From: Octopus vulgaris
Lineage: Eukaryota
Assembly (NCBI GenBank): GCA_951406725.2
Contig: OX597841.1
Location: 18,228,001 to 18,292,000, forward strand
DNA: 64,000 nt
Reading direction: 5' to 3'
Position numbers and translations under genes: made by a program. Below the pieces are notes generated by a model, which ran no database searches, had not been told where the DNA came from, and saw nothing but the letters and a program-made list of their open reading frames with translations. Of the stretch, positions 27,292 through 39,350 are shown piece by piece. How positions within the stretch are numbered: position 1 is the stretch's first letter; each line of letters begins with the position of its first letter.

Positions 27292-27397
27292 CTAAACTGA
27301 TTGAGAACTCATAAAACTCCTTCAACTTGAGTACCATAGGGTAGACTGCTGCCCAAGCATTCTCTTGGTGTTCTTGGTTCTGTGGGAATGAAATAGC
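27292..27397 (-). CDS. CYRI: CYRI/FAM49 coding exon 3 (AISFPQNQEHQENAWAAVYPMVLKLKEFYEFSISL)
   Basis: Homologous to [32 protein letters not shown]. tttttgcag/gtgagt, 106 nt. Confidence 0.96.
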
Positions 27398-27523
27398 CTG
27401 CAAAAAGACATATAAGGGAATGAGATGACAAAGGAAGAAACGATTATTTAAGGAACTCCATTGGCTTACAGCCGTTTCTGCTAAAAGATGCTGTGGACTC
27501 ACAGTTGAGTGCCTGAGTAATAC

Positions 27524-27825
27524 CTAGCAGTATCGCCCGGCATTGCTCGGGTTTGTAAGGGAAATAACTATATAAGCATTTTTAGAGAGTTACTTCCCTT
27601 ATATAACCGAGCAAAAATCATTCAAAATGCGGAAAAATGATGGTAAGTTTTTTTTTAAATCGTAGACTCATCGTAGACGCACGCTAATACCCAGAAGGGC
27701 TCGATATGAATCACGACTATACGATACCCGGTTTTGGTTAAACTGCACCGCAAAATGTGGGAATAGTTAGGAATGTAAATCGAAGGGGACAGACACTCAC
27801 ACAACTACAGTTTTATATATATAGA
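27524..27825 (-). mobile_element. Non-autonomous Helitron-like element
   Basis: Minus strand TCtatatata...cccgagcaatgccgggcgatactgCTAG. Same termini with a different interior at 42658-43050 and 48379-48771. Confidence 0.6.
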
Positions 27826-28146
27826 TATATAGTATGCATATGCCAATGCACATACGTGTGTTATTTCATACACACATGCCAACACCTGTCTACTTCATGT
27901 ATATGTACACACTATGTCCATCACAGCCCTCACTACGCACCAAACCCCATTAACTCTTTAGAGTTCAGGTTACTCGATTGAATCTAATGCTTTTCCACTC
28001 AAATTGGTTTGAATTAATCATGTGTTATCTTATAAGCTTTGAGGTTTCAATGTATATTTTTAGAATGCTAATACAGGTTAGATGTGAGAGGCTAGATTAT
28101 GGTCAGTTTGAATGTAGAATATTTGGGCCAGATATGACTGGTTTAA

Positions 28147-28367
28147 CCCTTTAGCATTTAAACTGGCCATATCCGGCCAAAAGTATTCTGCTTGTTTTAT
28201 GTTCAAACTGGCCAGATCTGGTCTCTCACACCAACCCTACAATATCGTTTTAAAAATTAACAGCTACCTCTTCAAAATCTCATAGCTACAAGATAATGCA
28301 TGATTAGTTCAAAACAATGTGGATGAAAAAGGATTAATTTTGGCAGAATAATGTGAACACTAAAGGG
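28147..28367. mobile_element. piggyBac-like MITE
   Basis: TTAA-ccctttag..ctaaaggg-TTAA. Older copies near 9135-9362, 9912-10100, 16120-16318, 16946-17171, 27950-28140 and 29310-29500. Confidence 0.75.
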
Positions 28368-30770
28368 TTAAACACTAAATGATTAAACTCACACCACCAT
28401 TGGAAAGCAGACACATTAATAATGATGCTTAAGATACAAACACAAAGACACACGGGTGTATATTTCTCATTCAGTACCAATGGTATTTCTCACGGTTACA
28501 AAACTGAAAATGCTTTGCACCGTTTTATGAATGACAGAGTGTTCTAATCCTAACCACTCGATACCAAATTTGTTGCACGAACAGGGTTTCTCTCTCTCCC
28601 TGGGATGTTATATTGCTTCTGTATACACTTGCTCTGCAAGACTTTTGGCATTAAGGTTAAGCTTCCTTAATCCTGAAACTGAAGCCAGCTTCTGAGTTGT
28701 TTCAGTGTGTCCACAGCACTTGGTCTTCAAAATGAGACAAACAATTTGCTGTGTAGCTCAAACTAACTTTGGCTTCTTTCTTGTGAAATAACTCCAACAT
28801 CAAATACATTTCAGCAATGACTACTTCATCTTTTGCCTACGCTTAATGCAGCTAAGACCACATTTCTCCAAAATGTTCTCTCTTGTAAAACACTAGAGCA
28901 ATGTTTCCCAACCTATTTTTCCCTCAGGCCCCACTATAGCTTTCCAGAAAAATGTAGGCTTCACTGTTAGTTGGAAAAAAAAAAAAAACCTTTAAAGGGC
29001 ACCATTTGAACATGAGCGTTACCAACGTCGCCTTACTGGCACCTGTGCCTGTGGCATGCGTAAAAAGACTCGAGCAAGGTCGTTGCCAGTACCGCCTGAC
29101 TGGCCCCCATACCGGTGGCACATAAAAAGCACCCACTACACTCTCAGAGTGGTTGGCGTTAGGAAGGGCATCCAGCTGTAGAAACTCTGTCGGATAAAGA
29201 TTGGGGCCTGGTGCAGCCATCTGGTTCACCAGCCCTCAGTCAAAATCGTCCAACCCATGCCAGCATGGAAAGCGGATGTTAAACGATGATGATGATGACA
29301 ATTGTTTAATACAAAACTGGCCATATCCAGCCCAAATAGTGCACCTGTTTTATGTTCAGAATAGACAGGTCTGCTCTCTGACACCTACCCTACAATGCTA
29401 TTCTAAAACACACACAATTACATGATAAAAATCTTCAAGTTTAAAATAATGTCAACAAATGAACATTACATTTGACAAAGTAATCTGAAAGCTAAAGCAT
29501 TAAAAGTTAACTATTGACTGACTAAAATCCTTCCAGGGGGGTGCCCCAGCATGGCCAGCATACAAGTTGAATGTTTCAGACTGAAATTCTACAGCCAAAA
29601 CAGTTAGGCCAAACTTTAGCACAACATGTTTACACTATAAACTACATCAACTTGTAGGCCAGAAAACACAGTATTTCACCAGTAATGTTTTGTACGTCTG
29701 TCTTGATTAGTTTCTCAAGTAGAATCCTGTCTTTTTCAGCAAAAAACTTGAAATTTTCACAACAAAATTTACAGCTGCATGACATGTTACATGTGCAATG
29801 TGTTCTTATTCTTCTCTTCCGTTTTACAAATCCAGTGAAAACATGCACATTGTATGTTCATACTCCAGTTCCCATGCAAAACTGTTTACAAGTCACAACC
29901 ATCTCATGGTCCTGCAGTCATGAGAAGTGCTTTGTGTTCTGATGGTTGTGAAGTTGTAGGTCAACTTATACACCAAGACAACTTTGGAGGACCAAAAATT
30001 CCATGTGAAATGCCATAGGATTTGGAAAGATAGTGACATGGGTTGAATGCTACATGTTTACACTATCAATTTGTATGCCAGAAAATACAGTATTTCACCT
30101 CGGTTTTGGATGTCTTTTTGGATTTGTTTCTCAAATAGAATGGCCATTTTTTCTGGCATACAAGTTGAACTTTTTAGAACAAAATTTGCAGCCAAAACAA
30201 TGGTAAGTTGACTTATACACCAAGACGACTGGTGGAATTTGAACTCAGAATGTAAAGACAAAGGAAATGCTGCTAAGCACTCTGCCCAGCATGCTAACCA
30301 TTCTGCCAGCTGGCCACCTTAATAATAATAAGAATGTTTTTTTACTAAAAAATTTTTGAATTTTGGGGAAGGAGACTAATCAATTACATCGACCCCAGTG
30401 TTTCACTGGTACTTAATTTATTGACCTCGAAAGGATGAAAGGCGAAGTCAACCTCGGCAGAATTTGAACTCAGAGCATAGCAACAGGTGAAATGTTTGGG
30501 AACCTTTTGCCTGGTGTGCTAACAACTCTGCCAGCTTACCACCTTAATAATAATAATCGTTTGTATTAAAGGAATATGGCCTGAAATTTTGGGGGAGGAG
30601 ACTAGTCAATTATATCAACCCCAGTATACAACTGGTACTCATTTTATCAATTCCAAAAAGGATGAAAGGCAAAGTTGGCTCCAGTGGAATTTGAACCTAC
30701 AATGTAAAGAAGGACGAAATGCCGCCAAGCAGTTTGCCCAGCATGCTAATGATTCTACCAGCTCACCAAC

Positions 30771-30825
<55 letters not shown>

Positions 30826-31490
30826 TGGTTTCAAATTTTGACACAAGGGCAGCAATTTTGGAGGAGGGGGAAGATAGTCTTTTTACTAAAGGCAGAAGAC
30901 CTGAAATTTTTTTTGATGGGGTGGGATTAGTCAATTACATTAACCCCAGTGTTTCTACTGACCCTGAAAGGATGAAAGGCGGCAAAGTCAACCTCGGCAG
31001 AATTTGAACTCGGAGCATAGCGACAGGCGAAATGTTTCGCCTGGTGTGCAAACAATTCTGGAACGTCGACCCCAGTACTTGACTGAAAGGATGAAACGCA
31101 ACATTGACCTGCGCAGAATTTGAAGTCAGACTGCAGCAAGGGGCGAAATGCTACAAAGCATCTAGCCTCGTGTACTAACAATTCTGTCAGCTCACCACCT
31201 TTATAGTAACAATAATAATCCTTTCTAATATTGGCACAAGGCCTGAGATTTTGAGGGAAGGGTTAAGTCAATTACATTAACCCCAGTACTCAACTGGTAC
31301 TTAATTTATCAACCCCAAAAAGGATGAAAGGAAGAATTGACCTCAGTGGAACTTGAACTCAGAATGTAGCAATGGGAGGAATATCGCTAAGCATTTTGCC
31401 TGGCATGCGAATGATTCTGTCAGCCACTGGGGCAGTTTAACGAGTTCCACAGTGCAGGGCCAGCTTCATGTAGAATGACAATTTGGTAAG

Positions 31491-31534
<44 letters not shown>

Positions 31535-31576
31535 ATTAAGTGATGGGGAAACAAGAAAAGAAAAACTGTTACTCAC

Positions 31577-31698
31577 TAAACGGATCTCCTCAGCTGCACC
31601 GTGGTAGCTTGCCATATCAGCCAAGATGGAGTTGGAACAGAGCAGAACCTCGTTTACCTGGGTCCACACATCAATTTCCTTCTCAGTTGGCTGAGCAT
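31577..31698 (-). CDS. CYRI: CYRI/FAM49 coding exon 2 (NAQPTEKEIDVWTQVNEVL...GAAEEIRL)
   Basis: Homologous to CYRI-B NAQPTESEKEIYNQVNVVL...GAGHEIRE. cag/gtgagt boundaries, 122 nt, phase matches exon 1. Confidence 0.96.
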
Positions 31699-31767
31699 CT
31701 GCCGTAAGAAAAAAGGAGGAAGAAGAGGGATAAGGTGGGCGAAAAGACAATCAATAAAAAGGAGTTT

Positions 31768-31769
<2 letters not shown>

Positions 31770-31809
<40 letters not shown>

Positions 31810-32020
31810 AAAGAAGGGAGAGAGAAGGGAGAGAGAGAGAAAAGAGAGGAGAGAGAAGAGAAGGGAGAGAGAGAGAGAAAAGAGAGAAGGGAAAGAGAGA
31901 GAGAGAAAAGAGAGAAGGGAGAGAGAGAAAAGAGAGAAGGGAGAGAAAGAGAAAAGAGAGAAGGGAGAGAAAGAGAAAACAGAGAAGGGAGAGAGAGAGA
32001 GAAAAGAGAGAAAGGAAAGA
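31770..32020. repeat. (GA)n-derived polypurine tract (polypyrimidine on the gene strand) upstream of the exon 2 acceptor
   Basis: Seen directly. A similar A/G-rich tract at 17855-18090 precedes the minisatellite. Confidence 0.9.
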
Positions 32021-32339
32021 GGAATAGTCTTAATTCTTTATTGCCCACAAGGGGCTAAACACACAGGGGACAAACAAGGACAGACAAAGGGATTAGGTCG
32101 ATTACATCGACCCCAGTGCGTAACTGGTACTTAATTTATCGACCCCGAAAGGATGAAAGGCAAAGTCGACCTCGGCAGAATCTGAACTCAGAACCTAACG
32201 GCAGACGAAATACGGCTTCGCATTTCGCCCGACGTGCTAACCATTCTGCCAGCTTGCTGCCTTAAGAGACAGACAAATAGAGAGTCTAAGAAAGGAGGGG
32301 GGGATTAATTATTTTGTATTGTATATAGCTATTTGATTG

Positions 32340-32577
32340 CAGTAATCCCTCGACTGTCGCAGGGGTTACGTCCCTCCCCCCTCCCCCCAACCCCCAACCC
32401 CCTGCGATAAGTGAAAATCTGCAAAGCAGAAACAGCACAGAAAGTTTTCTTTTATTATTTAAAAAATTTGTAAATATTTTATTATCGTAAATGCCAAACC
32501 ACACCATGGAGGAATCCATGTAAGCTGAAATAATAAACAATGGTAGGTGAACCGCGCCACATGGCGAGGGATTGCTG
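32340..32577. mobile_element. Tigger/pogo-like MITE
   Basis: TIRs cagtaatccctcg / cgagggattgctg. TA TSDs are decayed. Confidence 0.6.
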
Positions 32578-33407
32578 TCTAGATCTGTAGTTGTATGGAT
32601 GTAGCAATGCATGCGTGTGGTTGCACATGTAGGAAGTGACGTAGCTGTGTAGTTAAGGGCAGTGGCACTCTGTCGCTTGTGATGACAAATGTTTCAATGC
32701 ACCAATCCGACCGTGGCCGTTTGCCAGCCTCGTCTGGCACCCGTGCAGGTGGCACGTGAAAAGCACCCACTACACTCGCGGAGTGGTTGGCGTTAGGAAG
32801 AGCATCCAGCTGTAGAAACCTTGCCAGGTCAGACTGGAGCCTCTTTGCTTGCCAGTCCTCAGTCAAACCACCCAACCCATGCCAGCATCGACAACGATGA
32901 GGACAAGACTGGCCCCTTTCAAATACAAGACTGGCCCCTTTGAAACACAGGAACAACTCATTTTTGCCAGCTGAGTGGACTGAGTTCTGGGTATAACTAT
33001 ACAAATACATGTAACTGTGTGGGTGTAATTTTCATGGGAGGACGCACAGGCTAATGGTAAGGGTGTTGCACTCACAACTGCAAGATTGTGGTTTCAATTC
33101 CCAGGCGAGGTGGCGCATTGTGCTCGTGTGAAACACTTCACTTCATGTTCCTCTGCCATCACTTCGATATCTGACATGTGGCACACCATGGGGCCAGACA
33201 GACAACGTTGAGTTCATGGAGACACTCAGTTAACATTTATCTTCTTTTGTTTTTTGGCCCTTTTTTTTTTATCTTTTCTTTGTTTCACTCATAATTGTAT
33301 AAATTCCCACAAATTTTTTGAAAATATTCTGAGAATTCCCCAAAATGAAAAAGTTCCGAGGAGTGAGATGGGATGCCAGAATCCTGCTTAAAAGTCATTT
33401 GCTCTTT

Positions 33408-33809
33408 ACTCTCTCTTTTACTTGTTTCAGTCAGTTGACTGCGGTCATGCTGGAGCACCGCCTTTAGTCGAGCAAATGGACCCCGGGACTTATTCTTTGT
33501 AAGCTTAGTACTTATTCTATCGGTCTCTTTTGCCGAACCGCTAAGTGACGGGGACGTAAACACACCACCATCGGTTGTCAAGCGATGTTGGAGGGACAAA
33601 CACAGACACAAAAACTCACACACACACACATATATATACATATATACGACGGGATTCTTTCAGTTTCCGTCTACCAAATCCACTCACAAGGCTTTGGTTG
33701 GTCCGAGGCTATAGTAGAAGACACTTGCCCAAGGTGCCACGCAGTGGGACTGAACCCGGAACCATGTGGTTGGTAAATGAGCTACTTACCACACAGCCAC
33801 TCCTGCGCC
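33408..33809 (-). mobile_element. tRNA-derived SINE, full length, 65 bp into the first coding intron
   Basis: Same family, with head and tail intact. Confidence 0.85.
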
Positions 33810-33874
33810 TATTTGTTTACTCTTTCCACTCTAAGTCCATGAAAAACCGAAATAGAAAGAAAAGCTGTACTCAC

Positions 33875-33947
33875 TTTCAAAGTCCACGTAAGCGTCATAG
33901 TTCTTCGTGGAGTCGTCCTTGGTGAGGACTCGTAGCAGGTTGCCCAT
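33875..33947 (-). CDS. CYRI: CYRI/FAM49 coding exon 1 (MGNLLRVLTKDDSTKNYDAYVDFE)
   Basis: Matches the FAM49/CYRI N-terminus (MGNLLKVLT...DFEN). Acceptor tttattgcag before 34010, in-frame TAA upstream in the 63-nt 5'UTR part, donor gtgagt after 33875. 73 coding nt, phase 1. Confidence 0.95.
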
Positions 33948-34260
33948 TGTTTCAGCAGTGCAGTTGGAGGAACTACAGCAAACTTATTCCTTGGAGATGG
34001 TTTCAACAGTCTGCAATAAAAGCCACAACATCACATCATTGTAGACGAGGATTAAGAATAACAACAACAACTACTACAACAAAACTATTCATTAGTATGC
34101 TTTCAACAGACTAGAATGATAGCCACAACGTCACATCATCATATAAAATGATTAATAGCTACTACTACTACTACAGCAAATTTTGTTTATAGCTTTATGA
34201 TTTTTATAATTATATATTTGTTGTGCAAGATTTTTTATGTGAAGTCGTGTGTTGAAACAG

Positions 34261-34538
34261 ATATTGTTGTATTTCGGAATGGTCATATTGCCAGTTTAGC
34301 CAATAAAAACACACGCACTATATATTTGGTGTTATTTTGCTTCAGTGATATTTATTTTTTACATTAATCTTAATCTCATGATGCGGTCACAGGAGTGTGA
34401 CAAAAGAACTCTGGCCGAAATAAGATTAAGATTAATGTAAAAAATAAATAACACTGAAGCAAAGTAACACCAAATATATAGTGCGTGTGTTTTTATTGGC
34501 TAAACTGGCAATATGACCATTCCGAAATATAACAATAT
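34261..34538. repeat. Long inverted repeat, ~116-bp arms and 46-bp spacer
   Basis: 34261-34376 vs 34423-34538 are near-perfect reverse complements. Confidence 0.92.
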
Positions 34539-35288
34539 TTTTATAATTGTTTTATTTTTATATTTTCATTCCTATCAGATCCTGCTTATCTGTCTAAGAA
34601 AACTTTTTTTTCACTCTGGGCCCATAGTCATTTTCTCCACCTTTGTACCCAGGATGGAGCAACAGTTTTAAAAAAAAAAAAAGACTCCGCCGGTTACGAC
34701 GACGAGGGTCCCAGCTGATACGATCAACGGAACAGCTTGCTCGTGAAATTAACGTGCAAATGGCTGAGCATTCCACAGACACGTGTACCCTTAACGTAGT
34801 TCTCGGGGATAATCAGCGTGACACAGAGAGTGACAAGGCTGACCCTTTGAAATACAAATACAACTCATTTTTGCCAGCTGAGTGGACTGGAGCAACGTGA
34901 AATAAAGTGCCTTGCTCAAGGACACAACGTGTTGCCGGGAATCGAACTCACAACCTTACGATCATGAGCCGAATGCCCTAACCACTAAGCCACGCGCCCT
35001 CACAGAGCAACAGTTTAACTGAACTTAAAGTTAGCACAGTGCAGGAAATAAGTCTTGAAATGTTTCAAAATGTGTTTCGCAAGACTAAGGATAGATTTGA
35101 AATTTGTAGGGACACAAACGGAACACATGTTGAGAATTTTCAATAAAGTTTTGACTAATTTTGTTTTGGTATCATAATTAAGTAATAAACATAAAATTCT
35201 GTCAGTTTTTTTAAAAATTTGCCTGATTTCATTGGGATAGTTAATCCTGGGACATACTGTATATGTGTAATATATACATGTATTACAT

Positions 35289-35330
<42 letters not shown>

Positions 35331-36220
35331 GTTTAACGTCCGTTTTCCGCGCTAGCACGGGTTGGACGGTTTCGACCGGGGTCTGGGGAGCTCGGGACTG
35401 CCCCAGGCTCCAGTCTAGTCTGGCAGTGTTTCTACAGCTGGATGCCCTTCCTAACGCCAACCACTCCGCGAGTGTAGTGGGTGTTTTTTACGTGCCACCT
35501 GCACAGGTGCCAGAGGGTCTGGCATCGGCCACGTTCGGATGGTGCTTTTTATGTGGGGGGGGGGTGCAGAAATATATAGGGGAGCACCAGTGGGGAGGGG
35601 TAGTTCAGAGAAATGATGACAGGTTCTAGGCAAGTAGAACGTAGGATATCAAGAGAGGGGTAATGCATGGTGAAATAGCGTATTGAAGAGGGGGGTTCGA
35701 AGAGTAGACACCTATAATGGTGGTGGGAGAAGCGACATCTGGTATAGATGGAGCAAAAATATAGAGATATCCGGTATTGGTGGTGGGGGTGGGCAAGGGC
35801 GGGTGCACCGGGAATATACGAAGGTTGAACTGACGGGCTGGCTTAGAAATGCTCTTAGCAATGGAAGGGGGGAATGGCAGACAACGTGAGAAAGGGAGAG
35901 AGAGAGATAGATAGAGAAGAACAGTAGAACCCCGCGAAAATGGGCTGCCATTGAAAAAAACCCCTGTATGGAGAAATAATATGCAATACGAGGCGAAGCT
36001 GAAAATAGTAATAATAATAATAATTATAATAATAATAAGCAAACTGTCGACCAGGGGATCAAAGGGACAATACTAGTACTAATAATAGTAATAATAATAA
36101 TAACTAATAAACAAACAAAACAGCTCATATATATATATATATATATATATGTACTCATGTTTTTTGCTTCGGCGTTTTCCATGGGCGCATGTAAGTATCT
36201 TATTTATATCCTTTCGTAAG

Positions 36221-36280
36221 TTCTACTGAGGAGGAATAAGTCTTTTATGAGATTAATTCCGAAATTGATTCAATATAGAA
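36221..36280 (+). ncRNA. Type I hammerhead ribozyme, canonical core
   Basis: ttcta-CTGAGGA-ggaat..attcc-GAAA-ttg(att)caa-TA-tagaa. All three stems pair. AUA cleavage triplet, predicted cut after 36275. Lies ~190 bp upstream of a PLE remnant. Confidence 0.8.
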
Positions 36281-36459
36281 ATAACAAATTTTTAAAAAAT
36301 TCTAACGGCCGGCTTGCCCGACTCCAGTTCTTCAGTTTTTGCTGTAGCGAGTAAATTATATGTGGAAATTGACGATTTAATAGTCTGTTATCAGCATATT
36401 GGCATTGAAATAATTTTCTTTAGCCCTTACTTATAAGTTGTTTATGTATATATAGGTGT

Positions 36460-37568
36460 ATATTTCACTATTTACAAAGATGATGCTCTAGTTTTAACTA
36501 TAAATACCAATGGATCAGCGCAAGAATGGTTAAGGAAGGATATTATCCAAATAATGAAAACATTCGATCTTAGCATAACAAGAGACACCAACCTGATGCT
36601 TGTCAATTTTCTTGATGTATCTTTAGATTTAAATAAGAACATTTTCAAACCCTATAGGAACCCCAACGATAGACTTAGTTATATTAATCTCGGTTCCTGC
36701 CACCCCCACCACAGTGTTTAAGAATTTAGTTAAAAATATTGGTAGGAGAACTTCTAGCCCCTCCTCCGACATAAACATATTTAATAATGCTGCCCCAAAA
36801 TATAATAAAGCTCTTAAAGACAGCGGTTTTAGTAAGGAAATAACCTATACACCTGTTATTAGTCCAGAAATTAAGAAAAGAAAACATAGGAAGAGGAAAG
36901 CTATCTGGTTCACACCCCCTTCCTTCCCCGAAGTCACCTTTAATATAGGTAAATATTTCTTATCACTTATAGATAGGCATTTTCCAATCAATCATGATTA
37001 CAGAAAGCTCTTTAATCGGTATATCCTAAAAATTAGTTTTAGTTCAACCACAAATTTTAAAAATATAATTACACACAACACACAAAAACAACAACATGAA
37101 GCCAGCTGTTCCTGCAGAGATAAAGACTTGTACCTGCTCAATGGAGCCTGTATGACCAAGACCATCATTTATGAAGCCACGGTAGATTCCACAAACGCTA
37201 AGGACACAGTTTCTTCAAAGAAATATGTGGGTTTCACAGAGGGGAATTTAGGAGCTAGGTTCAATAATCACACCTTAAACACTGGGACAAAAAAAAGAAA
37301 AAGAAACCCCACTAAATTATCCAGTTATATATGGTCCTTAAAAGAACAAGATGTCAGCTATAAGATTCACTGGAAGATCTTGACCAAGTGTAAGATCTTC
37401 ACCAATGGCAGTGGAAAGTGTGGTCTTTGCGATATAGAAAGATGGCTCATATGGAAAAGTCCTTTAGACCCTGCTACATGTCTAAATTCAAGAAGTGAAG
37501 TTTTTAGATCATGTCCACATCTCACAAAATACTTGTTACATTTTTGCACCCCTGCCCCAAAATCATAG
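36460..37568 (+). mobile_element. Penelope-like retroelement, 5'-truncated, decayed RT C-terminus plus GIY-YIG endonuclease (Naiad-like)
   Basis: IYKDDAL..VNFLDVSLDL..KPYRNPND.LSYIN.GSCHP, a frameshift near 36705, then the 284-aa ORF with SCSCR..LNGAC, IIYEATV..KYVGFTEG..RFNNH, CGLCDIE, LNSRSE..CPH. Clade assignment is inference from memory of these motifs. Confidence 0.88.
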
Positions 37569-38055
37569 ATAACACCTGCATTTTTTATTATGTCCATGTA
37601 CAAGCCTTGCACATATCTTAACATATTTTATATATTTTTACTGCTTTATATATATTTTTTGTATGTTTTTTTTTCAATTTTTTTCTTCTTTTTCAATTAT
37701 GTGACTATATACAGGTGTAGTAATTGTATGTATAAGCATATATTAAAAGTGTATGTGTGTGCATGTGTATATATGTGTACGAATCTCTGTATATATACGA
37801 GTGTAAGACTATATCCGTTGCATAAGAGTGACTGTCATGCACGTCTCCCTTCTTCGTACATATGCGTATGTATATACGCTTGCATATCTGCAGGTGTAGG
37901 TGTGTTGACAGATAGGAGTGTGAATATGTGTGTATGTATGTATGTATATATATATATATATAAAGTTAATCCAAACAAGAAAGCACAAAAAAAACACAAC
38001 AATGTGAGGACTTGGAACAAATATAGTATTATTGGACGCTCAGGAAAGAAGGAGG

Positions 38056-38090
38056 GTTTAACGTTTCGAGCGGAGCTCTTCGTCAGAAAC
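38056..38090 (-). ncRNA. Minimal hammerhead-like motif (CUGACGA+A)
   Basis: Minus strand gttt-CTGACGA-a-gagc(tcc)gctc-GAAA-cg-TT-aaac. Related copies at 39441-39475 (-) and 26875-26909 (+). Confidence 0.55.
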
Positions 38091-39000
38091 ATAGGAAAAG
38101 GAAAGATCCAAAGAAGGGAAGACAGAGGAAAAAAATCGCCAACAAATTACACGCGGTCACATATATATATATATGTGTATGTATATGTAAAAAAAATACA
38201 AAGTGGGACAAGAACGCAAAACATCTAGAAGACGATACAAAAAACACGGACGGGACATTCGAAGCCTTCAATCTTCAGTCAAGAACCAGATCATCCTCAC
38301 AATTTCGGCTGATTATATATGCACCTCTATACACATGAATATTCATGTTTGCGGTGAGTGTGAATATATACCTGTACGAGTGTGCATATATGTATACATT
38401 TTATGTTTGTGTGTGTATTTTCATTTGTATAAATGTCTCTATATATTTATGCGAGGATGATGTTGGGTATGCATGTATACGTGTCTGTGTGTATATTTGT
38501 ACATATATATATATGCATATGCGTGTGTATGTATATGTATATATATATATGTATATTCATATATGTGGCAAGTGTGAACATGTGTCTGTTACCTTTCTGC
38601 ATATCTGTATATTGTTTACGTTTTTGTATATTTAAGATGAAGTTATACACATATACGTACGTGTGTATATATTTATATATATATATATATATATATATTT
38701 ATACAAATATATATATATATGCATATACATGTATATGTGTGTGCATGTAAAAATGTGTATTTGACCATAATAATGCATGTATGTATGTGTATGTGCGTAT
38801 ATATATATATATACACACACACACATATATATACATGTGTACGTATGGAGATTTTATGAATGAAGATTTCTATCTTTGAGAGTATGTGGTTGTGTGTATT
38901 TTTATAATTTTTAAAATATATTTTATATTTTTTACTTATATTTTCCATGCCCATTAGAGTAACTTCCCTTTATTCAACGGGTCTTTTTTTCATTGCATTC

Positions 39001-39074
39001 TTGTCTTAATAACTGATGCAAAATGCCTAGAAGCTCTCAGCTCTGGTATTTGAAACTGAGTATCATTAGGACAA
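39001..39074 (+). ncRNA. Hammerhead-like motif with variant core CUGAUGCA
   Basis: ttgtcttaataa-CTGATGCA-aaatgcc..ggtattt-GAAA-ctgag-TA-tcattaggacaa. 12-bp stem I with one mismatch, 7-bp stem II, GUA triplet. Downstream of the + strand PLE. Confidence 0.6.
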
Positions 39075-39315
39075 CTTACTGATTGTCCTATATTATATAT
39101 ATATATTCTCTTTTACTTGTTTCAGTCATTTGACTGCGGCCATGCTGGAGCACAGCCTTAATTGAGCAACTCGACCCCGGGACTTATTCTTTTGTAAGCC
39201 CAGTACTTATTCCATCGGTCTCTTTTTGCCGAACTGCTAAGTAACGGGGAAATAAACACACCAGCATCGGTTGTCAAGCAATGCTAGGGGGACAAACACA
39301 GACACACAAACACAG

Positions 39316-39347
<32 letters not shown>

Positions 39348-39350
<3 letters not shown>

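Noticed and set aside
35560-36100. 138-aa minus-strand ORF or unique gene fragment
   Set aside because: No recognisable motif or splice structure. It sits between repeats and is probably unclassified repeat UTR.
36714-37568. Selenocysteine-type PLE or active autonomous element
   Set aside because: No in-frame TGA in the ORF. The element is 5'-truncated, frameshifted and missing a conserved Cys.
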